Positions 1 through 11,002 of a stretch of DNA of 64,000 nucleotides are shown piece by piece; positions within the stretch are counted from its first letter, which is position 1, and the number at the start of each line of letters is the position of its first letter. Position numbers and translations under genes: made by a program. The DNA is from Rhynchopus sp. YZ270_cl-10. Lineage: Eukaryota. Under the pieces are notes generated by a model that was given only the letters and a program-made list of their open reading frames with translations, searched no databases and was not told the DNA's origin. The stretch is taken from NCBI GenBank assembly GCA_964035575.1, contig OZ037837.1, positions 1,550,001 to 1,614,000 on the forward strand. The letters are read 5' to 3'.

Positions 1-353
1 GATTTGAGGAGAACAAGAAGATGAATTAAAAATAAAACGACAACAAAAAATGGAAAATGGAAGGAGCAAACACGGAATTCAAGAAAAGTTTAAAAAAAAC
101 AGACACCCCACATTCTCCCCCAACATCTTCACCTTCCTTATCCGTATCACATATTGTGGGAAAGAGTCCCCAGCCTTTGGCAGCTTCGGTAATGTTGTAT
201 TTTTTGGCTGCACAATCAATACATGGGGATTCCCTCGAATTGGGTTTCCTGAAGGATTTCATTTTATTAATTCTTCTCCTTCTTCCCACAACACAGCAGG
301 GACAACACACCAACCTCTGTGAACAAACACAACACACACTTTCTTTCAGGAAG

Positions 354-3300
354 ATGGGATCCGGAGCGTCGAAGCCTGAAAAGGACGAGATTGCAAAGGG
401 AATTACTGGGAAGGAGAGGCCCGTGGACGCAGTGGACAGCGCGGACGGGAGGACAATGCTGCACAGTGCCGTGCTTGCGGGGGACGTGGAGGCAGTGCGG
501 TTTCTTGTGGAGAACGGGGCAGGGAATGTGCGTGACAGGGACGGGAAGGTGCCGCTGTGGTACGCACTGCAGCACAGAGACGCGGATGTGCGGGGCCGAC
601 TTGAGGCGGAGCTGGGGGCGCATGCAGCAGAGATCCTTGGTGAGGTGGAAGATGCTGTGCAGGTGTACCTCACTGACGGTGTTGTGACAACAACAATAGC
701 AGATGTGGACGTGGAACGGAGCAGTGGAGATGCAACGACAGCACCTCTTGCTCACCCTCACATGGACATGGCGAAAGACACGAACACCTCGACTGGAGAC
801 AGACACCTGGGAGAGGACGATCTTGACGGGGACACGGGTGCACTGTGGCACACAGACGGACGGAAGGTGGAGTGGCTGCGGAAAACAGACGACAGCAACA
901 ACAAGAACAAGAACAGCAATGGAGGTGAAGACCTGCTGTGCTGGCTGCGTGGTCTGCCAAAGGTGGATCCGCCGTTGGGCTACACAGACGAACACGTGCG
1001 GCACATGGAGGCGGGGTTCCGTGTGGTGTGCAAGCGTCTGCTGGAGGACATGAGAGGACGGAGGGAGGCTGCGGGGACACATGGTGGACACGTGGAGGTG
1101 GAGGACTGGATGGCGGCACGCGACCCGTTTGAGCTGCTGCTGTCGGGGTTCCTGTTCACGTCTGACTGCGTGGAGTATGTGCTGGACAGCGGCGGGGATG
1201 TTGTGTGCGACGAAAAGGGCACACCGCAGATTGCGAAAGGGCTTGACGGGAAGCTGCGGTACATCAAACTGACGGAGCGGGCTGTGCTGGACAACCACGG
1301 GAGTGCTGCTGATGTGAAATCACAGTCGCTTGCGCTGTACATGACGATGAACACTGCGATGCGTGCTGTGGGGCAGCTGGCTGCGGTGAAGGAGTGGAAG
1401 GGGACACCTGAGAAGACAGCACCGAACGTGTTTGAGCTGTCGCCCGCACCCCCGCAGCTGCATGTGATTGCGACCTTTGCGCCGCTGATCCGTGGTCTGG
1501 ACCGGCTGATTGGGAGCCGACGGAAGCAGCTGCGGACTGTGTTCCGCGGGATCAATGTGAACGTGTCTGCGAAGTACGCGCTGAATACACACATTGTGTG
1601 GAACTGCTTCACGTCGACAACACTGAAGCGGGATGTGGCTCGGAGCTTCATGTACGGGAAGGGTGGCACGTTCTTTGTGGTGGTGGCGAAGGAGGGTGCT
1701 GCAGACGTGAAGTTCTCGTCTGTGTATGCTTCGGAGGACGAGCTGCTGTACACAGCGAACATTGAGTACCGTGTGCAGTGGAAGCTTTCGCCGACGCTGC
1801 TGCGGATGATGGGGCTGCGCTTTGACGTGATTGTGATGCAGGAGGTGTGTTCTGGTGTGGGTAAGGGTGTGGGGGACACGAGTGCGGCTGAGCAGGTGGG
1901 TGCGCTGCAGGAGGTGATGGGACACACAGTCGCGTTCTTCAAGGACTACCTTGCGCAGTACGTGGAGGGGCGTGTGGGGGACGACACACGTGTGGGTGAG
2001 TCGGAGACACGTCCGCTGATGGAGGAGGTGCGGAGGTGGCTTCGTGCACGTGGAGGTGGAGGTGGAGGTGGGAAGCAGATGTCTTCCGTGTGCACACAGG
2101 CAGCAGCGGGCACACACACAGAGCGCAAGCCTGATGTGGATGCGAGAGAAGAAAGACAAGGGACGTGTGGTGTGCTGTGTGTGATCGGAGAAGGAGGGAG
2201 CGGGAAGACGTCTGCTTCGATTGCAATTCTGAGCGACCTTGCAACGTCTGCGAGGAAGAGCGAAAGCACCAGCAACGAAGACTCAAACAGGAACAGAAAC
2301 AGAAGCAGATACAGTGTTGTGAGTGATGTGACTGCGGATGCGGATGGAGATGCGAAGCCGTACTTCCCTGTGTTTGTGGCGCTACCGACTGTGAAGCAGC
2401 ACCTGCTTGACAAGGGAGGGTTGGACAGGTTTGTGCTGGAGTCGTTTGCGCTGCGGGAGGCGGACCGTGCGTTCCTTGCGGAGACATACGAGGTGGTGCT
2501 GGTGCTGGACTCGCTGGACGAGGTGGGGCTGACGCAGAAGGATGTACGTGCTGTGGTGGCTGAGGGTGGCCTTCTGTGCCGGCACCCGTGGGTGGAGGCA
2601 CACTGCAGCGTTGTTGTGACTGTGCGTGGTGAGTACCTGAAGGGTGTGGACACGTCTCCGTCTGGTGTGTGTGGGGCTGGTGTGCGTGCTCTGTACATGC
2701 AGCCGTTCACAGAGGTGGATGCGAGAACGTACATCAAGCGTGCAAACACAGCCTGGGAGAAGGAACACAAAGAGGGGAAGTCAGCCCACAAGGAGGAGCG
2801 CACAGTCTTCGTGCGTGAGGAGGACGTTGAGGGACTTGTGCAGCTGCGGAACCCGTTTGTGCTGCACATGGCGTGTCACGCGCAGTGCAGCGGGAAGGCT
2901 TCTGAGGAGGTGATCTACGAGACCTACCTGAAGACGTGGACGAAGAAGGAGATGGCGTCTGGGGGAGTTGCTGTTTCTGTTGCTGTTTCGGATGTGTCTT
3001 TGGAGGATGTGGTGCGTGCAGGGGAGCTTGTTGCATGCAGGATGCTGGAGACAAACGAGTGGCAGGGGACTGTGGGTGTGGCGTCGGAGGTTCTTGATTC
3101 GCAGCACGGTGTGTGTGAGGCTGTGCGGGGTGCGTGCTTCCGCTGCCTGCCGTTCCGGATTGAGGACTTTGGGGAGGAGCGGAGTGCGTTCACGTTCCGG
3201 CACAAGTCGCTTGGGGAGCACCTTGCAGCACGGCGGCTTGCACGTGATGCAGCAGGGACACTGGGGACGCTGGTGCAGCGGAGCTTCAGCAAGGACTCGC

Positions 3301-5579
3301 AGCGTGTGCTTGGGTTCTTTGCGGCGCTGGTGTGTGGAGACAGTGGTCTGTACGAACGTGCCTGCACAGAGCTGCTTGCGGCTGTGAAGGCGACACGCGG
3401 CAGTGCAAGTGTTGGTGGGGAGGGTGCTGTGACAGCAGGGTCGAATGCAGCAGCACTGCTGGCACGTGCACGCATCCCTGTGAGTGGAGAGGACCTGAGC
3501 GGGATCCGTGTGTCGAACTGCGACCTGCGCGGGTCTCTGTTTGTGGAGACTGCGCTGACGGGTGCTTCCTTCTCGAACTGCTGGCTGGAGCACACCGAGT
3601 TCCACACCTGCGACATGGGTGGCACGATGCTGCCCGACTGCTCCCTTGGCACACCACTTCCTGTACTGCAGCATCTTGCGCATGATGTAACAGTGACACC
3701 TGATGGTCAAATGCTAACAGCTGGGCATGACGGCGGTGTACATGTGTGGAGCATGTCTTCTGGGGAAGAAGTGATGGTCTTGGAAGGCCATTCGCACTCG
3801 ATCAATGGAGTGGCAGTAACACCTGACGGAACCCGCGTGGTTTCGTGCTCCAATGACGAAACTGTGCGTGTGTGGGATATGCACACTGGGGAGGCAGTGT
3901 TCGTCTTGGAAGGCCACAAAGCTAGGGTGGACGAGGTGGCCGTCACTCCCGACAGTTCTAAAGTTGTTTCAACTTCTCCTGGAGACGGTGTCCGTGTGTG
4001 GGATCTCTCGACGGGGATGGAAGTGCTGGCAATACAGTCGCCTGGCATTCGCAGCATGGTCATTACTAAGGATGGAAGTCAAATAGTGACATGCTCCAAG
4101 GAGGTGTTGTGCGTATGGGATCTGGCCACGGGCAACCAAGAGATGCAGTGGCCGTGCTGTGTGAAGTATTCGCATGTGTTCGCTTCGCATGCACTGGCAG
4201 TCACTCCCGATGGATGCCATGTTGTTTCGTGCTCTGATAATGGCGCACTTCTTTGGAACCTCTCCACTGGGGCAGAGGTGATGGTGTTCCATGCCGACGC
4301 TAAGTTGCTTACAGTGGCAGTCACTCCCGATGGATGTCACGTGGTTGCTGGCTCCGAGAGCGGAAATGTGCACGTTTGGAGCATTTCGACTGGGAAGGAG
4401 GTGACGGTGTTGCAAGGGCATGCTCGTAAGGTGATTGCACTGACAGTATCACCAGATGGATGCCACGTGGTTTCATGCTCCTACTTCGAACGTACTGTTC
4501 GAGTATGGAATATCACGACCGGGAAGGAGACACCAGGTTTCAATAGAGTCTCAGGCCGGTCTGCAGTTGCCCCTGATGGATCTATCATTACGTACGGTGG
4601 CAAGAGGAGCTCCATCTGGAACGCATCCACCGGCAGGCAGACACAAGTAGTTGAAGCAGGGATACATAAACCTGGTGATGCTGCTGCCGTGGACCCAGAT
4701 GGCTCTCACGTAGTTTTTTTTTCTTGCGACGACGCTGGCGAAAGGAGAGCGTGTGTGTGGGACGTTGCGACGGGGAAAGTGCAGCCTTTGTGCACAGATT
4801 CCAGTGAGTTTGCGGCGTTCTTGAAACAGTGTGGACCACGGCTTTCCTTAGCAGTGTCTCCCGATGCATCTCACGTGGTGACCGGTTCAGAGTCTTCACG
4901 GGATAAATTCACTTGCTGTACGTATGTGTGGAGCATGCCGACTGGGAAGAAGGTGTCAGAATATGCAGGAACTACTTGCTTTTCCCACGGAGTGGTAGTG
5001 ACTCCTGATGGGGTGCATGTGGTTTCGTCCCATGAGGATCACACCGTACACATGTGGAAACTTCACACAGGAGAACAGACAATGGTGTTCAAAGGACATA
5101 CTCAAGATGTCTGCGGCGTTGGCGTCACTCGCGATGGATCTCGTCTTGTTTCATGCTCTGAGGACAACACTGTGCGTGTGTGGGATGTTGCCAGTGGGAA
5201 GGAGGTCTTCACCTTTGTGCGTGCTGGTTACGTGTACGGAGTGGCACTGACACCTGATGAAGCTCACGTGGTGTCGTGCGCGGACAGTGTGAGTGTGTGG
5301 AGCATGAACACTGGTGAGAAAGTGGCGGGGGTCAGGGCACATTGCGATTTGTACAGCCTTGCTGTGAGCCCTGATGGACGCGAAGTGATCTGTGCTTGCG
5401 AGGACAAGACTGTGCGTGTGTGGACCATCTGCACTGGGGAAGACGGCACGATTGATGGGTTGCGGCTGAAGAGAGTGATCGGTGTCCCTCCAACAGTTCC
5501 TCGTGCAGTTGGCTGTCGCAATGCTGATGCTGTGGAACCTGAACTTGCGAGACGGATTCTTTGCGAAGTCGAGGAGTGA
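354..5579 (+). CDS. NLR/NWD-like protein: N-myristoylation motif, ankyrin repeats, ADP-ribosyltransferase domain, NACHT NTPase, pentapeptide repeats, 14 WD40 repeats
   Basis: The ORF is open from 57. The likely start is ATG 354 (MGSGASK), just after a ctttcAG acceptor-like tract. Motifs in order: ankyrin GRTMLHSAVLAGDVEAVRFLVENGA; ART R-S-E motifs TVFRG / FTSTT / SEDELL; Walker A GEGGSGKT; NACHT Walker B VLVLDSLDEV; LRNPFVL; FRHKSLGEHLAA (winged helix); pentapeptide-like SGEDLSGIRVSNCDLRGSLF; 14 (V/A)xxPDG-type WD40 blades. Confidence 0.9.
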   Translation: MGSGASKPEKDEIAKGITGKERPVDAVDSADGRTMLHSAVLAGDVEAVRFLVENGAGNVRDRDGKVPLWYALQHRDADVRGRLEAELGAHAAEILGEVEDAVQVYLTDGVVTTTIADVDVERSSGDATTAPLAHPHMDMAKDTNTSTGDRHLGEDDLDGDTGALWHTDGRKVEWLRKTDDSNNKNKNSNGGEDLLCWLRGLPKVDPPLGYTDEHVRHMEAGFRVVCKRLLEDMRGRREAAGTHGGHVEVEDWMAARDPFELLLSGFLFTSDCVEYVLDSGGDVVCDEKGTPQIAKGLDGKLRYIKLTERAVLDNHGSAADVKSQSLALYMTMNTAMRAVGQLAAVKEWKGTPEKTAPNVFELSPAPPQLHVIATFAPLIRGLDRLIGSRRKQLRTVFRGINVNVSAKYALNTHIVWNCFTSTTLKRDVARSFMYGKGGTFFVVVAKEGAADVKFSSVYASEDELLYTANIEYRVQWKLSPTLLRMMGLRFDVIVMQEVCSGVGKGVGDTSAAEQVGALQEVMGHTVAFFKDYLAQYVEGRVGDDTRVGESETRPLMEEVRRWLRARGGGGGGGKQMSSVCTQAAAGTHTERKPDVDAREERQGTCGVLCVIGEGGSGKTSASIAILSDLATSARKSESTSNEDSNRNRNRSRYSVVSDVTADADGDAKPYFPVFVALPTVKQHLLDKGGLDRFVLESFALREADRAFLAETYEVVLVLDSLDEVGLTQKDVRAVVAEGGLLCRHPWVEAHCSVVVTVRGEYLKGVDTSPSGVCGAGVRALYMQPFTEVDARTYIKRANTAWEKEHKEGKSAHKEERTVFVREEDVEGLVQLRNPFVLHMACHAQCSGKASEEVIYETYLKTWTKKEMASGGVAVSVAVSDVSLEDVVRAGELVACRMLETNEWQGTVGVASEVLDSQHGVCEAVRGACFRCLPFRIEDFGEERSAFTFRHKSLGEHLAARRLARDAAGTLGTLVQRSFSKDSQRVLGFFAALVCGDSGLYERACTELLAAVKATRGSASVGGEGAVTAGSNAAALLARARIPVSGEDLSGIRVSNCDLRGSLFVETALTGASFSNCWLEHTEFHTCDMGGTMLPDCSLGTPLPVLQHLAHDVTVTPDGQMLTAGHDGGVHVWSMSSGEEVMVLEGHSHSINGVAVTPDGTRVVSCSNDETVRVWDMHTGEAVFVLEGHKARVDEVAVTPDSSKVVSTSPGDGVRVWDLSTGMEVLAIQSPGIRSMVITKDGSQIVTCSKEVLCVWDLATGNQEMQWPCCVKYSHVFASHALAVTPDGCHVVSCSDNGALLWNLSTGAEVMVFHADAKLLTVAVTPDGCHVVAGSESGNVHVWSISTGKEVTVLQGHARKVIALTVSPDGCHVVSCSYFERTVRVWNITTGKETPGFNRVSGRSAVAPDGSIITYGGKRSSIWNASTGRQTQVVEAGIHKPGDAAAVDPDGSHVVFFSCDDAGERRACVWDVATGKVQPLCTDSSEFAAFLKQCGPRLSLAVSPDASHVVTGSESSRDKFTCCTYVWSMPTGKKVSEYAGTTCFSHGVVVTPDGVHVVSSHEDHTVHMWKLHTGEQTMVFKGHTQDVCGVGVTRDGSRLVSCSEDNTVRVWDVASGKEVFTFVRAGYVYGVALTPDEAHVVSCADSVSVWSMNTGEKVAGVRAHCDLYSLAVSPDGREVICACEDKTVRVWTICTGEDGTIDGLRLKRVIGVPPTVPRAVGCRNADAVEPELARRILCEVEE

Positions 5580-6327
5580 AAACGCACTGTTCGTACTTGC
5601 TCTTTGTGTTTGCCTCTTTTCCAAGACGAATGCAGTCTGAGTGACGAGGACGAATGGTGTTGACACTGCCTCGTGCGGTGGTGCCCTCATGCCACTGCGG
5701 CGTTGTGCGAGGACAGAAGAGCGGCATATTCACACATCTTTTCCAAGACGGGTTGCGATTACACATATGCTTTGACCACTTGGTTTTTGGAGTGTCACAC
5801 ACTGCCACTTCCACATCTGTACACTATTCATTTCTGACTTTGCTTTTCCCTGGAGTTTGGGGCTCTTGCTGTTTCGTTTTACCAACGTGGAGCGTTGAGG
5901 AATTCCACACACCTTCCATATTTTTGTGTTGAATGATTGAGAGTTTCAGTGTTGCGATGTGTTCTGCTTCGATGACTGGCATGAGGGCTGTGTGCGTGTT
6001 AAGACCTTGGACGAGTACACCTGCCTCGTGGCTGCTTGTCGCCTGCCCTACTCCGTGTACACGGGATTGGGTGAGTCCAGCGGTCCAGCACCCCAGTACC
6101 AGAAATGAGTTCATATTTTGTGCTTTCAAACAAATACCAAATGTGAGAAAGTGTCCCCACAAACCCCCCAACAAATAACTTGTTCAGCCACACTGGTATC
6201 GTGCTGGTGTGTGATTTCGTCCTGGGTTTTGTCTTATTTGTGCATTTTGCTCCCCTTTACACTAGTGTGAGCAAAACTTTTCAGTTTCGTTCACCACAGA
6301 TTGGCAACCCCACCCCCTTTTTTGTTG

Positions 6328-6495
6328 AACAAGATAAAACAAAAAAGCTTGCGTTTCTTTTATCGAACAGATTTTATTCTCCGCCCCGTACCCAAAACGT
6401 AAACACCACTTTGAATCAGAAAAAATATTTTCTTTTCTTTTTTCTTCCACACGCGCTTGGTTTTTGTGTTTCATTAACTTTTATCAAAAAGCTTT
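6328..6495. repeat. Interspersed repeat family A
   Basis: AACAAGATAAAACAAAAAAGCTTGCGTTTCTTTTATCGAACAG... also occurs near 15129, 22970 and 23770. Confidence 0.85.
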
Positions 6496-6964
6496 CTCAC
6501 CACAATCTGCAGGGTGCTTACTGCTCTGCTGGTGTGCCCTCTGGGACTTGCTTCAGGGAGTGGGTGGAAACGCTTGCCGGCAGGGGTGTCTTATGGCCCT
6601 TAAGTTATGCGACGGCAACAGGCGGCTGGCCAGGGTGTGCACAAAAATGGCGGAAACCATGTTTTGTGTTTCTTTGCGTTTCTGCCTCTCGCCTCGCTTC
6701 TTTGTTGTGCATCAGTAGTAATATTAGGTGGCTCTCACCCTCCGTCGACACTCCACGCTCGTGATAGCTGGGTGTCCATTCGGGGACGTGGGCCATTGTG
6801 CGGTCGGATGGCGTACTGATGTTGCTTTTAATTTATTGTAATGCTGTGCGAACGAGTGGTGCACATTGGCAACCTATATTACACCGTTATGCCTATTCTT
6901 TACTCGGCAACTAATACAGCTTACAGCACACAGGGGTACGTGTCTCTATGACATTGTATATTGT

Positions 6965-7120
6965 AAACGTTTCCTCATGTATTGCACGGGAAACAATATA
7001 TAATATTATGACAAACAGGTGCAGGGTGGTTCCGTGCATATCATAGAACCTGGCACCTTGTGTGTCTTCCAAAAACCAAAAGCGTTGTGTGTGAAGTTTT
7101 GAAGGAAGGAAAATAAAACT
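6965..7120. repeat. Interspersed repeat family B (hairpin-forming core)
   Basis: GACAAACAGGTGCAGGGTGGTTCCGTGC...GAACCTGGCACCTTGTGTGTC also occurs near 20257 and 23191. Confidence 0.85.
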
Positions 7121-7188
7121 TTCCTTACTCTATGTCCTTCGGCCTTTGTGCTCTTGATAGTACGAGGTTAAGTACGGGATCGAGAGGG

Positions 7189-7283
7189 AATAAGCTACAG
7201 TTGTGTTGAATTGAATTGGAGTAGGGGATGCGTTCAATGAAATCATTTATGTAGAAAAGTTTCGAGGATGTCGGTTTTATTAT
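7189..7283. repeat. Interspersed repeat family C (GGGGATGCGTYCAA core)
   Basis: The core recurs near 7224, 12434, 22212, 42942 and 49899. Confidence 0.75.
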
Positions 7284-7413
7284 TTTCAACACTCTGTCAA
7301 CAAGCCTACAACGACCACCCCACCCACCCTGTTTTGTTCACTGCTTACACCCCTCATCAATAAGTCACACCCAACCCCTTCCAGACACCCCTGCACCCTC
7401 CCACCTCCATAAA

Positions 7414-9249
7414 ATGAAGCGTTCCTCCGTGAGTGAGTCCCCCACCACAAAGAAGGCCCGGGTGGACGGCCCTGCACCCTCCCACCTCTCCGAAACACAC
7501 AACATGGTGTCTGACACGCAGCCCACCGCACCACAGATGCCGAGCTGTGAGAACTGTGGCGTGCCTGCACAGCTGCAGTGCGGGATCTGCAAGGAGCTGT
7601 TTTTCTGCGACAAGCCTGCGTGCTTCGAAGTGTTCCACTCATCCATGCGGCCACGTGACCGTGAGGCACATCACGCTTCTGTGGCTCCTTGCGGGACGTC
7701 GTCGAAGTGTGCACAGCACCCAGGACAAGAGCTGTCCCTCGTCTGTGAAGACCCTGCGTGTGGAGACGCGTTGATCTGCATACACTGTGCTTACTTCGAA
7801 CATACGGGACACAAGACAGTTGACATCACGGACTACATGAAACGCCAGCGTGACACCCTCTGCTCACACGTGACAGACCTGACAACACAGCGGACTGCTG
7901 CAGAGGAGAAGTGCCGTGTGCTTGAGGCACTCCCACCCACGGAGGACAGGTACAAAGACCTTCTCCTTCAGACACGCGTCGGGCACCTCGTGATGCGTGA
8001 GGATGTGTCGCGCAGCGAAGTCGTGTGTGAGGAGGAGGTGGCACGGAGCTTCCTCACACAGGCACTCAGTCGTGAAGGGGAGGTGTGTGCGCTGAAGACG
8101 TTTGTTGCGAAGGCAGGACACATGATTGCTGAGTGTGAGGCGGTGTGCCAGCTTGGGGACGACCAGGTGCTGCGTGCGGTCACAGAGTCGCAGGCCGTTG
8201 TGCGGAGCATCAACAGCATGGCAGCGAGTGGAGACCGCCACTGCCTTGTGGGTGCTGCAGACCCACACGCAACGTTTTCCCTGAAGCTGCCTGTTTCGAA
8301 CGTGCACGACGCCCTTGCCCAGATGTCTGCGCTTGTTGTGCCTGTCCTTGTGCAGGGGTTGGATGGAGTGGAACATGAGATTGAGGTGAGTGTGGATGAC
8401 ACGGGCAGGGACTTGTTTCGGAAGGTGGCGTCTGCAGTGGGGTTGCGTGAAGGCTGCTTCGACATGACTTTCAGAGATGAACTGATTGCATCAGGAGAGG
8501 ACGTGGTGCAACTGAGGGGTCACAGGGTTGTTGTAACGCAGGTCAACACAGAGAGGAGGAAGCAGGATGCCATTGCAGCACTTCGTGCGTTGGGTGAGAC
8601 GACACTGACATCACAAAGGTTGGAGCAGGTGAGTGATGAAGGCAGTGATCCGAAGGTGGCTTGCTTGCTCCTGCAGGCACAAGTTGCGACTGCGATTCCG
8701 GATAGCTTCTTCTCGACAGCTGCAGTGACGTGCATTGATCTCAGTCATGCGTCTGCTGTGACTGTGATTGGGGAAGAGTTCCTGTTCGGGTGCGCATCAT
8801 TGACCAATGTTGATCTGAGTGGATTACAATCTGTCACCTCGATTGATATCTCGTTCCTCGGCGAGTGCACTTCATTATCGACTGTTGATCTGAGTGCATT
8901 GCGAGGTGTCACCTCAATTGGGCACTTATTCCTCTACGGGTGCACATCGCTGTCGACAGTAGATCTGAGTGGATTACAAGCCGTCAGGTCGATTGAGGAG
9001 TACTTCCTCTACGGGTGTACTTCGTTGTCGACAGTTGATTTGAGTGGATTGCAAGCCGTCACCTCGATTGGGCAGTGGTTCCTCTCCAACTGCCCTTCAT
9101 TGTCGACAGTTAATCTGAGTGGACTGCAAGCTGTCACCTCGATTGATAAAGACTTCATCTCCGGGTGCAAAGCTTTGAAGACCTTGCACGGAAAGGACAA
9201 ATGCAGCAATACTGTCCTAGGCAGTCTGCCTAAACACTTACGCTGTTGA
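7414..9249 (+). CDS. B-box1/B-box2/coiled-coil - ubiquitin-like - LRR protein, copy 1 (6 LRRs, NLS-like N-terminus)
   Basis: Zinc fingers CENC..C..C...C....C...H and CAQH...C....C....C..C....HTGH, followed by a helical segment, Ubl-like VQGLDGVEHEIEVSVDDTGRDL and 25-aa BspA-like LRRs (STVDLSGLQAVTSIGxxFLxxCxSL). Confidence 0.85.
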   Translation: MKRSSVSESPTTKKARVDGPAPSHLSETHNMVSDTQPTAPQMPSCENCGVPAQLQCGICKELFFCDKPACFEVFHSSMRPRDREAHHASVAPCGTSSKCAQHPGQELSLVCEDPACGDALICIHCAYFEHTGHKTVDITDYMKRQRDTLCSHVTDLTTQRTAAEEKCRVLEALPPTEDRYKDLLLQTRVGHLVMREDVSRSEVVCEEEVARSFLTQALSREGEVCALKTFVAKAGHMIAECEAVCQLGDDQVLRAVTESQAVVRSINSMAASGDRHCLVGAADPHATFSLKLPVSNVHDALAQMSALVVPVLVQGLDGVEHEIEVSVDDTGRDLFRKVASAVGLREGCFDMTFRDELIASGEDVVQLRGHRVVVTQVNTERRKQDAIAALRALGETTLTSQRLEQVSDEGSDPKVACLLLQAQVATAIPDSFFSTAAVTCIDLSHASAVTVIGEEFLFGCASLTNVDLSGLQSVTSIDISFLGECTSLSTVDLSALRGVTSIGHLFLYGCTSLSTVDLSGLQAVRSIEEYFLYGCTSLSTVDLSGLQAVTSIGQWFLSNCPSLSTVNLSGLQAVTSIDKDFISGCKALKTLHGKDKCSNTVLGSLPKHLRC

Positions 9250-9783
9250 CAAGCAAGAACGTGTACAGCATCTTCTCCCTGTGGCAAAATATTCATTAAA
9301 GCTTTTTTACCCCATATTACATGACCACTTTTCTTTTATTCTTTTATCCGCCCATATTAGCGACTCAGGGTTTGTGCTCCTGTATACAGTATAGCCCCTC
9401 CCACACTGCGAAACGGGCAGAGGACCCGAACCGGACCCTACATCGCACAGGATTCATGACCCTGTCTGCAATGATCTCCCGTTCATCTGGCTCATGAGTT
9501 GAAGCGGGCGTAGCGCATATCAGATGAAACCACGATATGGATGTAGGACTGCATGGTTGGGTGTCCACCCCGGTACAGCCGGTCATGTACCAAGGTACAC
9601 TGTCACGAGAGGGCTTTGTATTTCAACTCTACTTTTTATTTTGTACGAGTCCCTCTGGAAATGAAAACTGCGTTACAGTCATGTTGTGTAATAAAGGATA
9701 TTCTTACGCATGTACAAGTCAGTATGTGGGTAGCGTACCAACTAAGCATAAGATGAACGGGGTTGTTATTATTTGACATTTAA

Positions 9784-10482
9784 TACGAGGTGTGTAGTGA
9801 CTCACTTTCAGGAAGGGTTTGAAGTACGGACGAGGATGGATGCAATAATTGAAGGGTTGTGTCGAGGGTACTGGGTTGGGTGGGGAGGGCACAAAAAAAA
9901 AGGGTGAGCAAAAAGAGACAAGAGTGCAGCAGTCTTGGGATATGTGCGTAACGACACCTCCCTTGCGAGCACAGACGTAAAGGTTTGAAAACGGTCAAAG
10001 GGTGAGAACACTGCACGTGAGGCTTAGGTTCACTTGGTTTCATAAAAAAATGTGCTGAACAAAAAAATGGAAAAACGAAATGTGTATGCGTTACCTTTTA
10101 GTACGAGGTGTGTAGTGACTCACTTTCAGGAAGGGTTTGAAGTACGGACGAGGATGGATGCAATAATTGAAGGGTTGTGTCGAGGGTACTGGGTTGGGTG
10201 GGGAGGGCACAAAAAAAAAGGGTGAGCAAAAAGAGACAAGAGTGCAGCAGTCTTGGGATATGTGCGTAACGACACCTCCCTTGCGAGCACAGACGTAAAG
10301 GTTTGAAAACGGTCAAAGGGTGAGAACACTGCACGTGAGGCTTAGGTTCACTTGGTTTCATAAAAAAATGTGCTGAACAAAAAAATGGAAAAACGAAATG
10401 TGTATGCGTTACCTTTTAGTACGAGGTGTGTAGTGACTCACTTTCAGGAAGGGTTTGAAGTACGGACGAGGATGGATGCAAT
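9784..10482. repeat. Tandem repeat, 318-bp unit, about 2.2 copies
   Basis: Identical units start at 9784, 10102 and 10420. The ORF track shows identical spurious ORFs 318 bp apart. Confidence 0.95.
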
Positions 10483-11002
10483 CAAGAGAGGGGGTGGCCA
10501 TTGTGGCAACCTCTTTATCAAAAGTTTGACAGCCTTTTTGGGTGGGATTTCTTCCACTTCGAATGTTGTCTCTTTACTAGATAGCTCTCAACGCTCTACG
10601 CCAATAATGCAAGAAAACACAAAAATACAAAAAAATGCATCCCAACCTTCATTGCTTTGACAAACCCCCTACCCCCACACCCACACCCACATTCCAAAAT
10701 ATCCACTTAATGATTTGCCCGACCCCATTGAAATTCACTATTGTGCGGTTTTTTATCAAAAAGTAACTCACAATGAAGTACCAGCTTGGAGCTGTTACGA
10801 AAATAGTGGGATGTCAGAAAACACCATCAGTGTTTGTTGGTTTCTGTTAGGAGACCCTAGGATTTTTGATAAAGAACGTATTCCGTATGCACCATACATC
10901 TGTGCTGGGTAGGGTTGGCAGTCTCCATCCTCATTCCTTCCTGATCAACAGCACAACCCACATGCACACTTCACTTCAGGAAAATATATGTTTTGTTAAG
11001 AA

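Noticed and set aside
57..353. 99-codon N-terminal extension of the NACHT ORF
   Set aside because: Low-complexity, T/CA-rich and non-coding in character. ATG 354 follows an acceptor-like AG and gives a myristoylation motif.
267..5690. Long antisense and alternate-frame ORFs over the NACHT and LRR genes
   Set aside because: Shadow ORFs caused by biased codon use. They have no recognisable motifs and are repeated only because the genes are.
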